From IMG/VR virus record IMGVR_UViG_3300025723_000167, positions 1-24,298 of that record: a stretch of DNA of 24,298 nt; one strand, 5' to 3'. The notes below the pieces were generated by a model. It made no database searches. It was not told where the DNA came from and was given only the letters and a program-made list of their open reading frames with translations. Source of the stretch: a virus (taxonomy: Duplodnaviria > Caudoviricetes). Below, one piece after another: positions 17,268 to 24,298 of this stretch (positions within the stretch are counted from its first letter, which is position 1; each line of letters starts with the position of its first letter). A program made the translations under genes and the position numbers.

Positions 17268-17295
17268 TTGACTAACGATAAATATCACGTATACT
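17268..17295 (+). promoter_or_regulatory. sigma70-type promoter for the DUF1127 gene, with GATAAATA embedded in the spacer
   Basis: TTGACT (17268-17273), a 16-nt spacer, then TATACT (17290-17295). GATAAATA lies at 17277-17284. Confidence 0.65.
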
Positions 17296-17316
17296 TAGGA
17301 GAAGGAGGTGACAAAG

Positions 17317-17523
17317 ATGATGACATATTTGAATTATTTCGTGAATGCATTTTATCAAAGCATTGATACTGTGTTTAGTTCAGTAGACAAGGGATTTAGA
17401 GCACGCCGTGCATATGAAGAACTGAGTAGATTGAACGACCGTGAACTACATGATTTGGGATTAAACCGTTACGACATTACTAGAGTTGCGTTTGAAAGTG
17501 TTCAATCAAAAGCTTTTAGATAA
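17317..17523 (+). CDS. DUF1127 (YjiS-like) small protein
   Basis: RARRAYEELSRLNDRELHDLGLNRYDI fits the DUF1127 core R..R..L..L(S/N)DR.L.D(I/L)GL.R.DI. AGGAGG lies 8 nt before ATG 17317; GTG 17308 is an alternative start. Confidence 0.88.
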   Translation: MMTYLNYFVNAFYQSIDTVFSSVDKGFRARRAYEELSRLNDRELHDLGLNRYDITRVAFESVQSKAFR

Positions 17524-17544
17524 TACATTAAAAATCAAGTCAAG

Positions 17545-17568
17545 AAAAAAGGGGCACAAGGCCCCTTT
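17545..17568 (-). terminator. Intrinsic terminator after gp23, likely bidirectional
   Basis: AAAAAA-GGGGC-ACAAG-GCCCC-TTT between convergent genes. It gives a U6 tail on the minus strand and UUUAGUAUUAUUUU on the plus strand. Confidence 0.85.
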
Positions 17569-17593
17569 AGTATTATTTTATTGACTTTAGATA

Positions 17594-18790
17594 TTAACTA
17601 AAGGCAAGGTTAGAAACCGCGATCTCGCTGAGATAGTCACCAGCGTTACCGAAAGATGAAGCAACATTGGTTAATTCTATGTAGCCATATCTCGTCATAA
17701 AGCCAACTACTGGTTCGAAAGTTGATGGATCTAGTACAACACCACTTGACATTAGAGGAATGTATGGGCAGTAGAATGCAGCAGCATCAGCTTCTGAAGT
17801 TCCCTTGTAACCAACTAGTACTGGGATTGTGTCGTCAGCATAGCTGTCAACATAAACACGCATTGCACCGTTTAGAGTACCAACGAACTTAGTGTTAGTT
17901 GGAGCTTCAAATGAACCTTCAGTTGTACGAGCGAAAGCTGAAGTAGTTGCGCTCTGTAGAACAGTTAGTACAGTTGGGCTTACTACGCACCAGTTACCAG
18001 CACCACGACGTGTGCGCTGTGCAATGGCGTTGGCTGCTTTATTGATTAGAACAGCTAGAGCAGCATGTTCGTCACCAACGAAAGTAGCAGTACCACTTAC
18101 AGTTGCTTGGTTAAATGTATATTCACTAGCTGCTAATGAACGTAGGCTATATAGGATTTCCTGATCAATTTCAGCAGTAATTTCCTGTGCAAGAGCTGCC
18201 ATGATTTCTGCTTCAATGTCAAGACCATGCATTGCCTGTGCGTCCTGAGCAGCTTCAAAAGTCCAGCGAGCTGATAGCTTACGAGTCTTAGCTTCTACAG
18301 GCTGCTTCAAGATCTGCACGTTCAAGCGACGACCTGGAGTACCTTCAAGTGAACCAGTTGTACCAGCAAGACCAGTACCATTAACGCCTGCTGCACTACC
18401 GGAGTAGCCTGAAGCAATCTTGAATGGGCTTAGAGCTTCGTCACCGATGTTAGCACCAGTAGCAAACTGACCTGAACCAGTGCTAGTGAAGCCATCAGCA
18501 TAACGAACACGTAGTGTGTGGATCTGTGCTACTGGACCAGTCATTGGCTGAACACCAACTAGCTCGTTAGCAATAACAGTTGGCATAACACGACGGATAA
18601 CTGGTAGGATAACACGATTTAGTGTTGCTACGTTACCAGCAGCAGTTGCGCCAGCAGATGCGTTTTCAATCAAGTACTTCTTTGTATTCTCGAGCACCAT
18701 GCTCATTGTAGTCTTCTTGTTGCCGGTTAGACCTTCTAGCAAAGCCTGCTTTGTCTCACCCCAACGTCCTTCTAGTAATTCTTGTGACAT
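17594..18790 (-). CDS. gp23: Major capsid protein (T4 gp23 family)
   Basis: IRRVMPTVIANELVGVQPMTGP, EAKTRKLSARWTFEAAQD...HGLDIEAE, VGYKG...DA..FYCPYIPL, F.PVVGFMTRYG. Confidence 0.97.
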   Translation of the reverse strand: MSQELLEGRWGETKQALLEGLTGNKKTTMSMVLENTKKYLIENASAGATAAGNVATLNRVILPVIRRVMPTVIANELVGVQPMTGPVAQIHTLRVRYADGFTSTGSGQFATGANIGDEALSPFKIASGYSGSAAGVNGTGLAGTTGSLEGTPGRRLNVQILKQPVEAKTRKLSARWTFEAAQDAQAMHGLDIEAEIMAALAQEITAEIDQEILYSLRSLAASEYTFNQATVSGTATFVGDEHAALAVLINKAANAIAQRTRRGAGNWCVVSPTVLTVLQSATTSAFARTTEGSFEAPTNTKFVGTLNGAMRVYVDSYADDTIPVLVGYKGTSEADAAAFYCPYIPLMSSGVVLDPSTFEPVVGFMTRYGYIELTNVASSFGNAGDYLSEIAVSNLAFS

Positions 18791-18809
18791 TTTAATTGTT
18801 CTCCATTTA

Positions 18810-19907
18810 TTAGTTTGTTTTTAGACCAGCTAGACGACGAATATCAAAGATATTGTTGCTTAACTGATCTTGCTTAATTACTCTATCACCAGTTACAGCA
18901 GTTTTTGCTTCGTTCAATACTGGTTTAGCAGCAGGAACAGGAGCATGTCCTTCCATTACAGGTGTTAGATATTTCTTAAATGCGGCCTCTAAGCGATCAG
19001 TTGGAGTTGACTCCAAGAGTTGCTTCATGACGTTGGCCTTTTCTTTGCTGAGAGGTGTCATTAGTTCGTTAATCTTGTTGTGACGCTCGATTGCTTCGTT
19101 AATTCTACGAATCTCAGTTTCTTTAGCCTGTGCATTAGCATTGGCTATTTCTGCACTTTCGCGAGCTTCTGAAAGCTGTTGTTCCATTCTTTCAATGAAA
19201 CTCTGCATTTTTCTAATTTCAGCACGTTCGTTAAGGTGTGTAGCAGTAAATTCTGTTGCAAAAGCTTCGAATATTCTACGTCCGAAATTATTTTCTTTTG
19301 CTTCCTGAATGTCTTCTTTTAATTGCTTGAGTTCTGTACGTAAGGTTTTATCAGTTGCTTGATCAACCAATGCTGCTGAACGCTGAATGAATCTCTCACT
19401 CAATGCCTTCAACTTCTGCTTGCCTTCTACTACTAGCTGTACTTTTGCACGAGCTAAATCTGCCTTATCTTCAGCAAATTCAACAATCTCCTTACGAAGA
19501 CCTTCTGTTACAAATTCGTCTAGTTTAGCTGTAGCTGACTTAATAGCAGCACGATCATTGTGTAGTTCAGCAATTTCTTTTGCAAGAGCTTCATTTAAGT
19601 AGTCTTCAAAATAGACAGCCTTAGCCATCATTGCTTCAGTGAACTTCACACGATCCTGGGTGATAGAAGCACGTTCAGCAGCAATCTTTTGGACTTCTAC
19701 TGTTAGTGATTCTGATACCATACGATCGAGAGCCTCAACCATTGTGGCCTTATCGTGTTCATAACGATTGGCCATTTCTTCACGGATTTCTGTACGAATA
19801 GCGCCACGAGCTTCTTCTAACTTGGAATTCCAAGCTGTTTCGAGAACCTCACGGGTTTCTTCATTCAGGATGCCGCTTTCAATTAATGGTTTTAGTGCTT
19901 CGAACAT
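18810..19907 (-). CDS. gp22: Prohead core scaffolding protein (T4 gp22 family)
   Basis: 365 aa of Glu/Lys/Ala-rich coiled coil between the protease and the capsid gene; contains ENNFGRRIFEAFA.EF. Confidence 0.85.
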   Translation of the reverse strand: MFEALKPLIESGILNEETREVLETAWNSKLEEARGAIRTEIREEMANRYEHDKATMVEALDRMVSESLTVEVQKIAAERASITQDRVKFTEAMMAKAVYFEDYLNEALAKEIAELHNDRAAIKSATAKLDEFVTEGLRKEIVEFAEDKADLARAKVQLVVEGKQKLKALSERFIQRSAALVDQATDKTLRTELKQLKEDIQEAKENNFGRRIFEAFATEFTATHLNERAEIRKMQSFIERMEQQLSEARESAEIANANAQAKETEIRRINEAIERHNKINELMTPLSKEKANVMKQLLESTPTDRLEAAFKKYLTPVMEGHAPVPAAKPVLNEAKTAVTGDRVIKQDQLSNNIFDIRRLAGLKTN

Positions 19908-19922
19908 TTAATTCTCCTGAAC

Positions 19923-20549
19923 TTATCTTATCTTTAATTCATTGATTAATCTTGAAACTTCCGTTGCAAGATATTTCTGTGCTTGTCGATTGTTGTTTAA
20001 ATCTTTAGCCATTTCTAGCACACGATGCCCGCCCTTCATGTTCATGAGACCTTCATAAACAGCAGTTGGATATGCACTTGGTGCGCTAGGTTGTGCTACG
20101 ATGTCCACTGTGACAATGTCAAAGTTACTAACCGTTCCACTACCTTCATTAACATCGCCGCTTCCGCGACTGCTAACGCCAAGCTTTACACCAGCATTTA
20201 ACATTTCACTTACGATCTTACCCATTGGTGTAGGTAAGATTTTCATTTTGCCGCAGCCTTTTGCTTCATCTAACCACATCTCTGTAATCATATGACTTAC
20301 ACGATCTAAATTAATGCGCAGATTAGTTGGATGATCCACTTCACCTAGCACAGAATAACCTTTGCTAATCTGCTCATTTAGATTCTTAACTGCTCTTGCA
20401 ATTTCGTGAGCGGGATAAACACGCTGATTAGCATTCTTGACCCCACCCTCAATGAAGATGCCTTTCATATACAGATCTTTACCTTCATTGGCCTTTACTG
20501 TTTCCATTCTGGCTTGATCAAAGCTAAGATTTTCTGTTAGAAAGTTCAT
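19923..20549 (-). CDS. gp21: Prohead protease (T4 gp21 family)
   Basis: GIFIEGGVKNANQRVYP, LGEVDHP, SHMI, TPMG, GVSSRGSG, DIVAQPSAP.AY. Confidence 0.95.
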   Translation of the reverse strand: MNFLTENLSFDQARMETVKANEGKDLYMKGIFIEGGVKNANQRVYPAHEIARAVKNLNEQISKGYSVLGEVDHPTNLRINLDRVSHMITEMWLDEAKGCGKMKILPTPMGKIVSEMLNAGVKLGVSSRGSGDVNEGSGTVSNFDIVTVDIVAQPSAPSAYPTAVYEGLMNMKGGHRVLEMAKDLNNNRQAQKYLATEVSRLINELKIR

Positions 20550-20558
20550 TGTTTTTCC

Positions 20559-21338
20559 TTACTTGGCTACAATTGGCTTCTTGTTAACGCCAGCTGGTTC
20601 GCTAGTTACAGGCTTCTTAGCACCTGAGAAGGACTTACCTGCGTCGCCGCCGGGTGAATTCTCGTACTTAGCTGGTCCAAACTTTCCATCACCTTTTGCA
20701 TAAGCATTACTTGGCTTCTTGTACTGCTTGCCGTCTGGATCTTCGTTGTTTCCACCTTGAACAAGATTCTTAGCAGTTCCGCCCATATCGTTCTTGCCAG
20801 CTACAACACTCTTGGTGTTCTTCTCGCCTGAATTTTCATGGTCACCAGTATTAGCACCTACGTTTTGACCACGTGGACCACCAGCAAATTCGCCCTTGTA
20901 TGGCTCGCCGATCTTCTCAACGTATTCACGCATTACGCCTTCTTCTGGCATTTCATGCTCTTCTTCACCAGCTTCGTCATGCATTAGACGCTCGAATTCA
21001 GCCTTAAGATCATCAAGTGCATCTTCAAGATCAACTACACGATCTTCCATGCTGCCTTCATCATGGCCGATTTCTTCGTCATCACCAAATGACATTTCAT
21101 CGCCCTCTTCGTCATCATGTCCCATTCCCTCTTCATCAGCGGAAATGTCGCCCATCATGTCATCAGTCTGGTCCATTGACATACCATGTTCGTTGCCCAT
21201 GTCGTCCATGTCTTCAGCTACTAGTTCATTATAAATTTCACGTGACTTCTCAACAACAACAGAATGGAAAAGCTCGTTTGCTTTTTCAGTCTCATCATTG
21301 ATGATGTATTCAATCAATTGTTCAAACTTGTTTCGCAT
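20559..21338 (-). CDS. Acidic prohead core-like protein (in the position of T4 gp67/gp68)
   Basis: 259 aa with a very Asp/Glu-rich middle and a Gly/Lys-rich tail, between portal and protease. AGGAG RBS. Confidence 0.6.
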   Translation of the reverse strand: MRNKFEQLIEYIINDETEKANELFHSVVVEKSREIYNELVAEDMDDMGNEHGMSMDQTDDMMGDISADEEGMGHDDEEGDEMSFGDDEEIGHDEGSMEDRVVDLEDALDDLKAEFERLMHDEAGEEEHEMPEEGVMREYVEKIGEPYKGEFAGGPRGQNVGANTGDHENSGEKNTKSVVAGKNDMGGTAKNLVQGGNNEDPDGKQYKKPSNAYAKGDGKFGPAKYENSPGGDAGKSFSGAKKPVTSEPAGVNKKPIVAK

Positions 21339-21375
21339 GTATCACTCCTAATAGGTTAATTCTATGCTGTGATTT

Positions 21376-21383
21376 TATTTACA
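21376..21383 (-). promoter_or_regulatory. Late promoter variant TGTAAATA inside an inverted repeat
   Basis: 7/8 match, lying within CTATGCTGT-N10-ACAGCGTAG (21362-21389). Confidence 0.55.
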
Positions 21384-21445
21384 GCGTAGTTTATATATCT
21401 GGGTAAAATAGGGTTATTTTGACTGATTTGGCGGAGATACGCCTA

Positions 21446-21661
21446 TTAAGCTGCTGGCGGTGGTGCAGCATACATTATTTTTACTTTTTCCATCTGTTCT
21501 TTAAATTCAACCGCACGTTGATCATTCATCTTACGTAGTTGATTAATCTGTGCTAGTGTTAGTTTAGTCTTACGCAAATCTTCAATCTTATTCTGGCTCT
21601 TGTCTTTCGACAGATCCTGATAACCTGATTTATATTCACCAAACATTTCATTTACCAGCAT
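21446..21661 (-). CDS. Small hypothetical head-module protein
   Basis: 71 aa, RKTKLTLAQINQLRKMND. Lies between the portal and core genes with its own TAAATA upstream. Confidence 0.7.
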   Translation of the reverse strand: MLVNEMFGEYKSGYQDLSKDKSQNKIEDLRKTKLTLAQINQLRKMNDQRAVEFKEQMEKVKIMYAAPPPAA

Positions 21662-21680
21662 TAAAATATTCCCGACGATT

Positions 21681-21688
21681 TATTTAGT
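21681..21688 (-). promoter_or_regulatory. Late promoter variant ACTAAATA
   Basis: TAAATA core overlapping the portal stop, 19 nt upstream of ATG 21661. Confidence 0.55.
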
Positions 21689-23451
21689 TATTGAGCTAAA
21701 CTTCCTTCAGCGCCGGGTGCAGGACCTTGAGCTGGTGCAGGTGCTCCTCCAGGACCGCCAGGTGCTCCTGCTGGATTAGACATTTCTGCTCCTGGTACTT
21801 CTCCCATTGCATCTAAATCACCTAGCTCGCCAATTGTATCAAGATCACTGGTAATGCCTCCTGGAGTGATTCCAAGACCACGCATGTCTGCTCCCTGTGC
21901 AGTTGGCTCAGCTGGTGTACCACGCTCTTCGTGCCACATCTTTTCATTTTCTGCCATTTCCATTTCAGTCAATCCAAGGAACTTTTTAAGCATGAAACGC
22001 TTTGATAAAAATTCAGTATCTCTAATACCAGTAAATGCACTAATGCGCTGTGCATTAAGCTCTACATCTCTATAAGCAGCAAAGTTTTGTGGCTCATTAA
22101 AACGTAATTCAAACAAACTGTTATCTAAATTAAAGCCTCTCCACTTGAGAAACAACTTAAACTCTTTGTCAAACTTCTGTGCAATATACTTCTGCAATCT
22201 CTTGCAATACTCATTAAAACGATATTCTTGAATCAGCGCAGTTGTTACTTTACCATCTGTAAATGATTTATCGCTATCATCTTTTCCTGTTGGCAGATAG
22301 CTACTGGGAATACGCAATCCTCGGAATAACTTATTTTGGAAATAGCGTAGATCATCAATTTCACCTAAATTTTGACCACCTGGCAGCACTTCAACTTTAC
22401 TGCCTCTACCTTCAGCTGTCTGAGGGAAGAAGTAATCTTCATTGATGCTAAGTGGATTGTAGCTTGCATCCATTAAGTTTTGCCCACCGCCACTTTGTGT
22501 AGGAATACGACGCTGATGAATTTCATTCTTAACACGCTCTAGAAAACCCATCTGTAAGTGAGCAGGCATATTACCAACATCAATATAAAATACACGACGT
22601 TCCGGAGCACGTTGAACACGATAAATTAATAGCGAATCTTCTAGTAATTCTTTTTGTTTGAATACCTTAAAGATACCTTCAAGTACGCTAACACCAAATG
22701 GCCAGTTAACATCAAGTCCTTCAGTTAAACTGAGATGGATAACATGTTCTGCTTCCACTGGAAATTCATTATTTCCTGCTCCAAATCGTGTATTAGGACT
22801 GAATAACTCGCCGCCTGCTGTATAACTGCGACTGCCACCCATGTAAGGAGCAAATGCATAAGTGTCATTTGGCCCAGGCGGTCTTGTAATTGTGTCATTC
22901 TGCAGATTAGGTTGCAGATCACGAATATAATAAATTTCTGGAACTTTACCTTTTGATTCGTTAACAACGACTTTGCTAACTCTATTCATTTCACTCCAGA
23001 ACCACTTGTAAGTCTCTGGATCACGAACAAATACTTGATCACCATACTTTAATACATTGCGAAATATTTTAAAAATCTTACTGTCAAATTCATTTAAGTT
23101 GTACCAACTAGTCAGCTGTTCTTTAAGGATTTCCATTTCATTTTCAGTTGCTTCGTCATTGAAATGAAAATCAAATGCAGTCTTAGTATCTTCAGCTACT
23201 TGTGTGCAAAACTCTGCTAAGATATCTAATGCGCTGTTTACTTCACTGTCGAGATCCATGTTTTCATATTGTGTATAACGATCAATACGATTTGGATGAC
23301 CACTATAGATGTCAGGCAACATGCTTTGATAGTTTCTAAAAGCAGCATTTGCCTGACTATCTAAATATCCAAAACTATAGTTACTAGTCCCGCCGTTTAC
23401 AGGACTCATGGCGCCGTCGGTTGCTATACGAAAATGTTTACGCCAAGACAT
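21688..23451 (-). CDS. gp20: Portal vertex protein (T4 gp20 family)
   Basis: LLEDSLLIYRVQRAPERRVFYIDVGNMP, EDYFFP...GRGSKVEVLPGGQNLGEIDDLRYF...L.RGLRIP.S; Pro/Gly-rich tail. Confidence 0.96.
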   Translation of the reverse strand: MSWRKHFRIATDGAMSPVNGGTSNYSFGYLDSQANAAFRNYQSMLPDIYSGHPNRIDRYTQYENMDLDSEVNSALDILAEFCTQVAEDTKTAFDFHFNDEATENEMEILKEQLTSWYNLNEFDSKIFKIFRNVLKYGDQVFVRDPETYKWFWSEMNRVSKVVVNESKGKVPEIYYIRDLQPNLQNDTITRPPGPNDTYAFAPYMGGSRSYTAGGELFSPNTRFGAGNNEFPVEAEHVIHLSLTEGLDVNWPFGVSVLEGIFKVFKQKELLEDSLLIYRVQRAPERRVFYIDVGNMPAHLQMGFLERVKNEIHQRRIPTQSGGGQNLMDASYNPLSINEDYFFPQTAEGRGSKVEVLPGGQNLGEIDDLRYFQNKLFRGLRIPSSYLPTGKDDSDKSFTDGKVTTALIQEYRFNEYCKRLQKYIAQKFDKEFKLFLKWRGFNLDNSLFELRFNEPQNFAAYRDVELNAQRISAFTGIRDTEFLSKRFMLKKFLGLTEMEMAENEKMWHEERGTPAEPTAQGADMRGLGITPGGITSDLDTIGELGDLDAMGEVPGAEMSNPAGAPGGPGGAPAPAQGPAPGAEGSLAQ

Positions 23452-24007
23452 TATTATTTTCCTTTATCTTTCTTCCTAGAATAAATTCTGCAGGTTCTTG
23501 CCCGGGTATAAACATTTTAGAAACTTTCCCATTATTATACCATCTTTTTAAACTCATTGTTTGACTTATTTTTTCATTCCTGCCGTCATCTTTTCTACCT
23601 AAATTTGCTTGTCTTATTTTTTCAGCGTGATCTTTTGATTTAGGTTTTCTCATTTTTTCTTTAGTTTTTTCTGATTTTACAATTCCCATTGTAGATTCGC
23701 TAATTTTTCTTTTTGTTTCTTCACTATGATTCCATCCTGTTGTACATGCCCATTGATTAACTTTTATATTATCTAATAGACCTCCATCAATTTTTCTACC
23801 ATAATGTTTTATTAAATTAATTTCTAAAGATAAAGCATCTTCTTCAGTTAAATTTGTTTTAATAAAAATTCTTTGTTCTATAGATGGCAATAATGTATTG
23901 CTATGTTTAGCGTGTATTCGATTCCTTTTACCTTTACCAATGTAATAAGGTATATTACTCTCATCAACATACTGATAAACATAAAATATCTTGTTTTTCC
24001 AGCTCAT
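23438..24007 (-). CDS. Free-standing homing endonuclease, GIY-YIG-like with NUMOD3 repeats
   Basis: FYVYQY......YYIGKG...R, A..LE..LI..YGR....G.L.N, then HSEETKRKISES, KSEKTKEKM, KSKDHAEKI and WYNNG. AT-rich, and overlaps the portal start by 14 nt. Confidence 0.85.
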   Translation of the reverse strand: MSWKNKIFYVYQYVDESNIPYYIGKGKRNRIHAKHSNTLLPSIEQRIFIKTNLTEEDALSLEINLIKHYGRKIDGGLLDNIKVNQWACTTGWNHSEETKRKISESTMGIVKSEKTKEKMRKPKSKDHAEKIRQANLGRKDDGRNEKISQTMSLKRWYNNGKVSKMFIPGQEPAEFILGRKIKENNNVLA

Positions 24008-24011
24008 ATTA

Positions 24012-24019
24012 TATTTATA
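24012..24019 (-). promoter_or_regulatory. T4-type late promoter TATAAATA
   Basis: Exact consensus. It contains the upstream gene's TAA and lies only 4 nt before ATG 24007. Confidence 0.75.
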
Positions 24020-24298
24020 TAGTATTAATTGCAGTTTTATTGGTGTTGGTTTCTATCTTAGCTAAATGTTCTAAGCTAGAAGCTAATGCTGTTTGAACTC
24101 TGCCCATTGTATTTCCAAGACTTTCTAATAGATCTGGAATCGACGCTTGTCTCTGACTAGTGTCTATTTCTGATCGACGATTTGTATTTCTGCCTTCTCG
24201 TTCGTCACGTTCGTCAATATCCTGTCTTGCTTGAGCTTCTGCTGCTACTCTTGCCTGTCTTTGTTGATCAGTTTCATTAGCACCTGGGCCAGAAGGCA
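24015..24298 (-). CDS. C-terminal fragment of an upstream helical protein, possibly tape-measure-like (5' end outside the window)
   Basis: Open frame from 24296: PSGPGANETDQQRQARVAAEAQARQ...LEHLAKIETNTNKTAINTI*, with TAA at 24017-24015. The L..IE.NT..TA ending is reminiscent of tape-measure C-termini. Confidence 0.6.
   Translation of the reverse strand, partial: PSGPGANETDQQRQARVAAEAQARQDIDERDEREGRNTNRRSEIDTSQRQASIPDLLESLGNTMGRVQTALASSLEHLAKIETNTNKTAINTI

Noticed and set aside
17524-17593. Cuckoo-type sRNA downstream of DUF1127; AAGTCAA/TTGACTT dyad (17537-17543, 17581-17587) flanking the terminator
   Set aside because: There are no CCUCCUCCC loops. The 7-bp AT-rich dyad is asymmetric around the hairpin and could be chance.
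21430-21443. GGCG-GAGATA-CGCC hairpin after the 71-aa ORF as a terminator
   Set aside because: The stem is only 4 bp and there is no U-tract on the coding strand.
345-22967. Short plus-strand and alternate-frame ORFs in the track (e.g. 345..668, 3175..3471, 6165..6383, 8206..8448, 17892..18164, 20896..21234, 22725..22967)
   Set aside because: They are shadows overlapping well-supported minus-strand genes and have no recognisable motifs.
23438-24007. Group I intron or intein in the portal gene
   Set aside because: There is no non-coding space for an intron core, the endonuclease has its own stop in a different frame, and the portal has its own ATG and RBS.
1697-24017. Stop-codon reassignment (no accepted gene ends in TAG, and a TAG precedes the NUMOD3 relic)
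   Set aside because: Conserved genes are full length under the standard code with no internal TAG. TAA dominance is expected in an AT-rich phage, and reading through the relic's TAG still gives no start codon.
1-24298. tRNA or rRNA genes, integrase, transposase
   Set aside because: Intergenic gaps are short and show no cloverleaf or T-loop signatures, and no ORF carries such motifs.

Overview
A late (structural) gene region of a large, AT-rich T4-like myophage, probably a jumbo phage. Almost every gene is on the minus strand. In transcription order it contains the 3' end of a probable tape-measure-like gene, a GIY-YIG-like/NUMOD3 free-standing homing endonuclease, and the head module (portal gp20, a small conserved ORF, an acidic core protein, protease gp21, scaffold gp22, capsid gp23, then a terminator). 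After that come a single plus-strand DUF1127 (YjiS-like) gene and a long array of fibre/adhesin genes: three with Mtd_N-like N-termini, a LamG-like lectin, and a fibre with an S74 chaperone that runs off the window. The array is interrupted by a CxxC-less glutaredoxin-fold protein and an S8 subtilisin. T4-type late promoters (core TAAATA) precede most transcription units, usually 19-22 nt before the ATG. The most notable observations are: (i) the DUF1127 gene has a host-type control region, with a LysR-type T-N11-A dyad, a PhaR/AniA-like box and a near-consensus sigma70 promoter, suggesting an alphaproteobacterial host; (ii) a redox-dead glutaredoxin with a basic tail lies between a fibre gene and a protease gene; (iii) the homing endonuclease begins with the same MSW(K/R) as the portal it overlaps and appears leaderless; (iv) a NUMOD3 relic overlaps a structured 5' leader. 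All family calls are motif recognition by eye; no searches were run.
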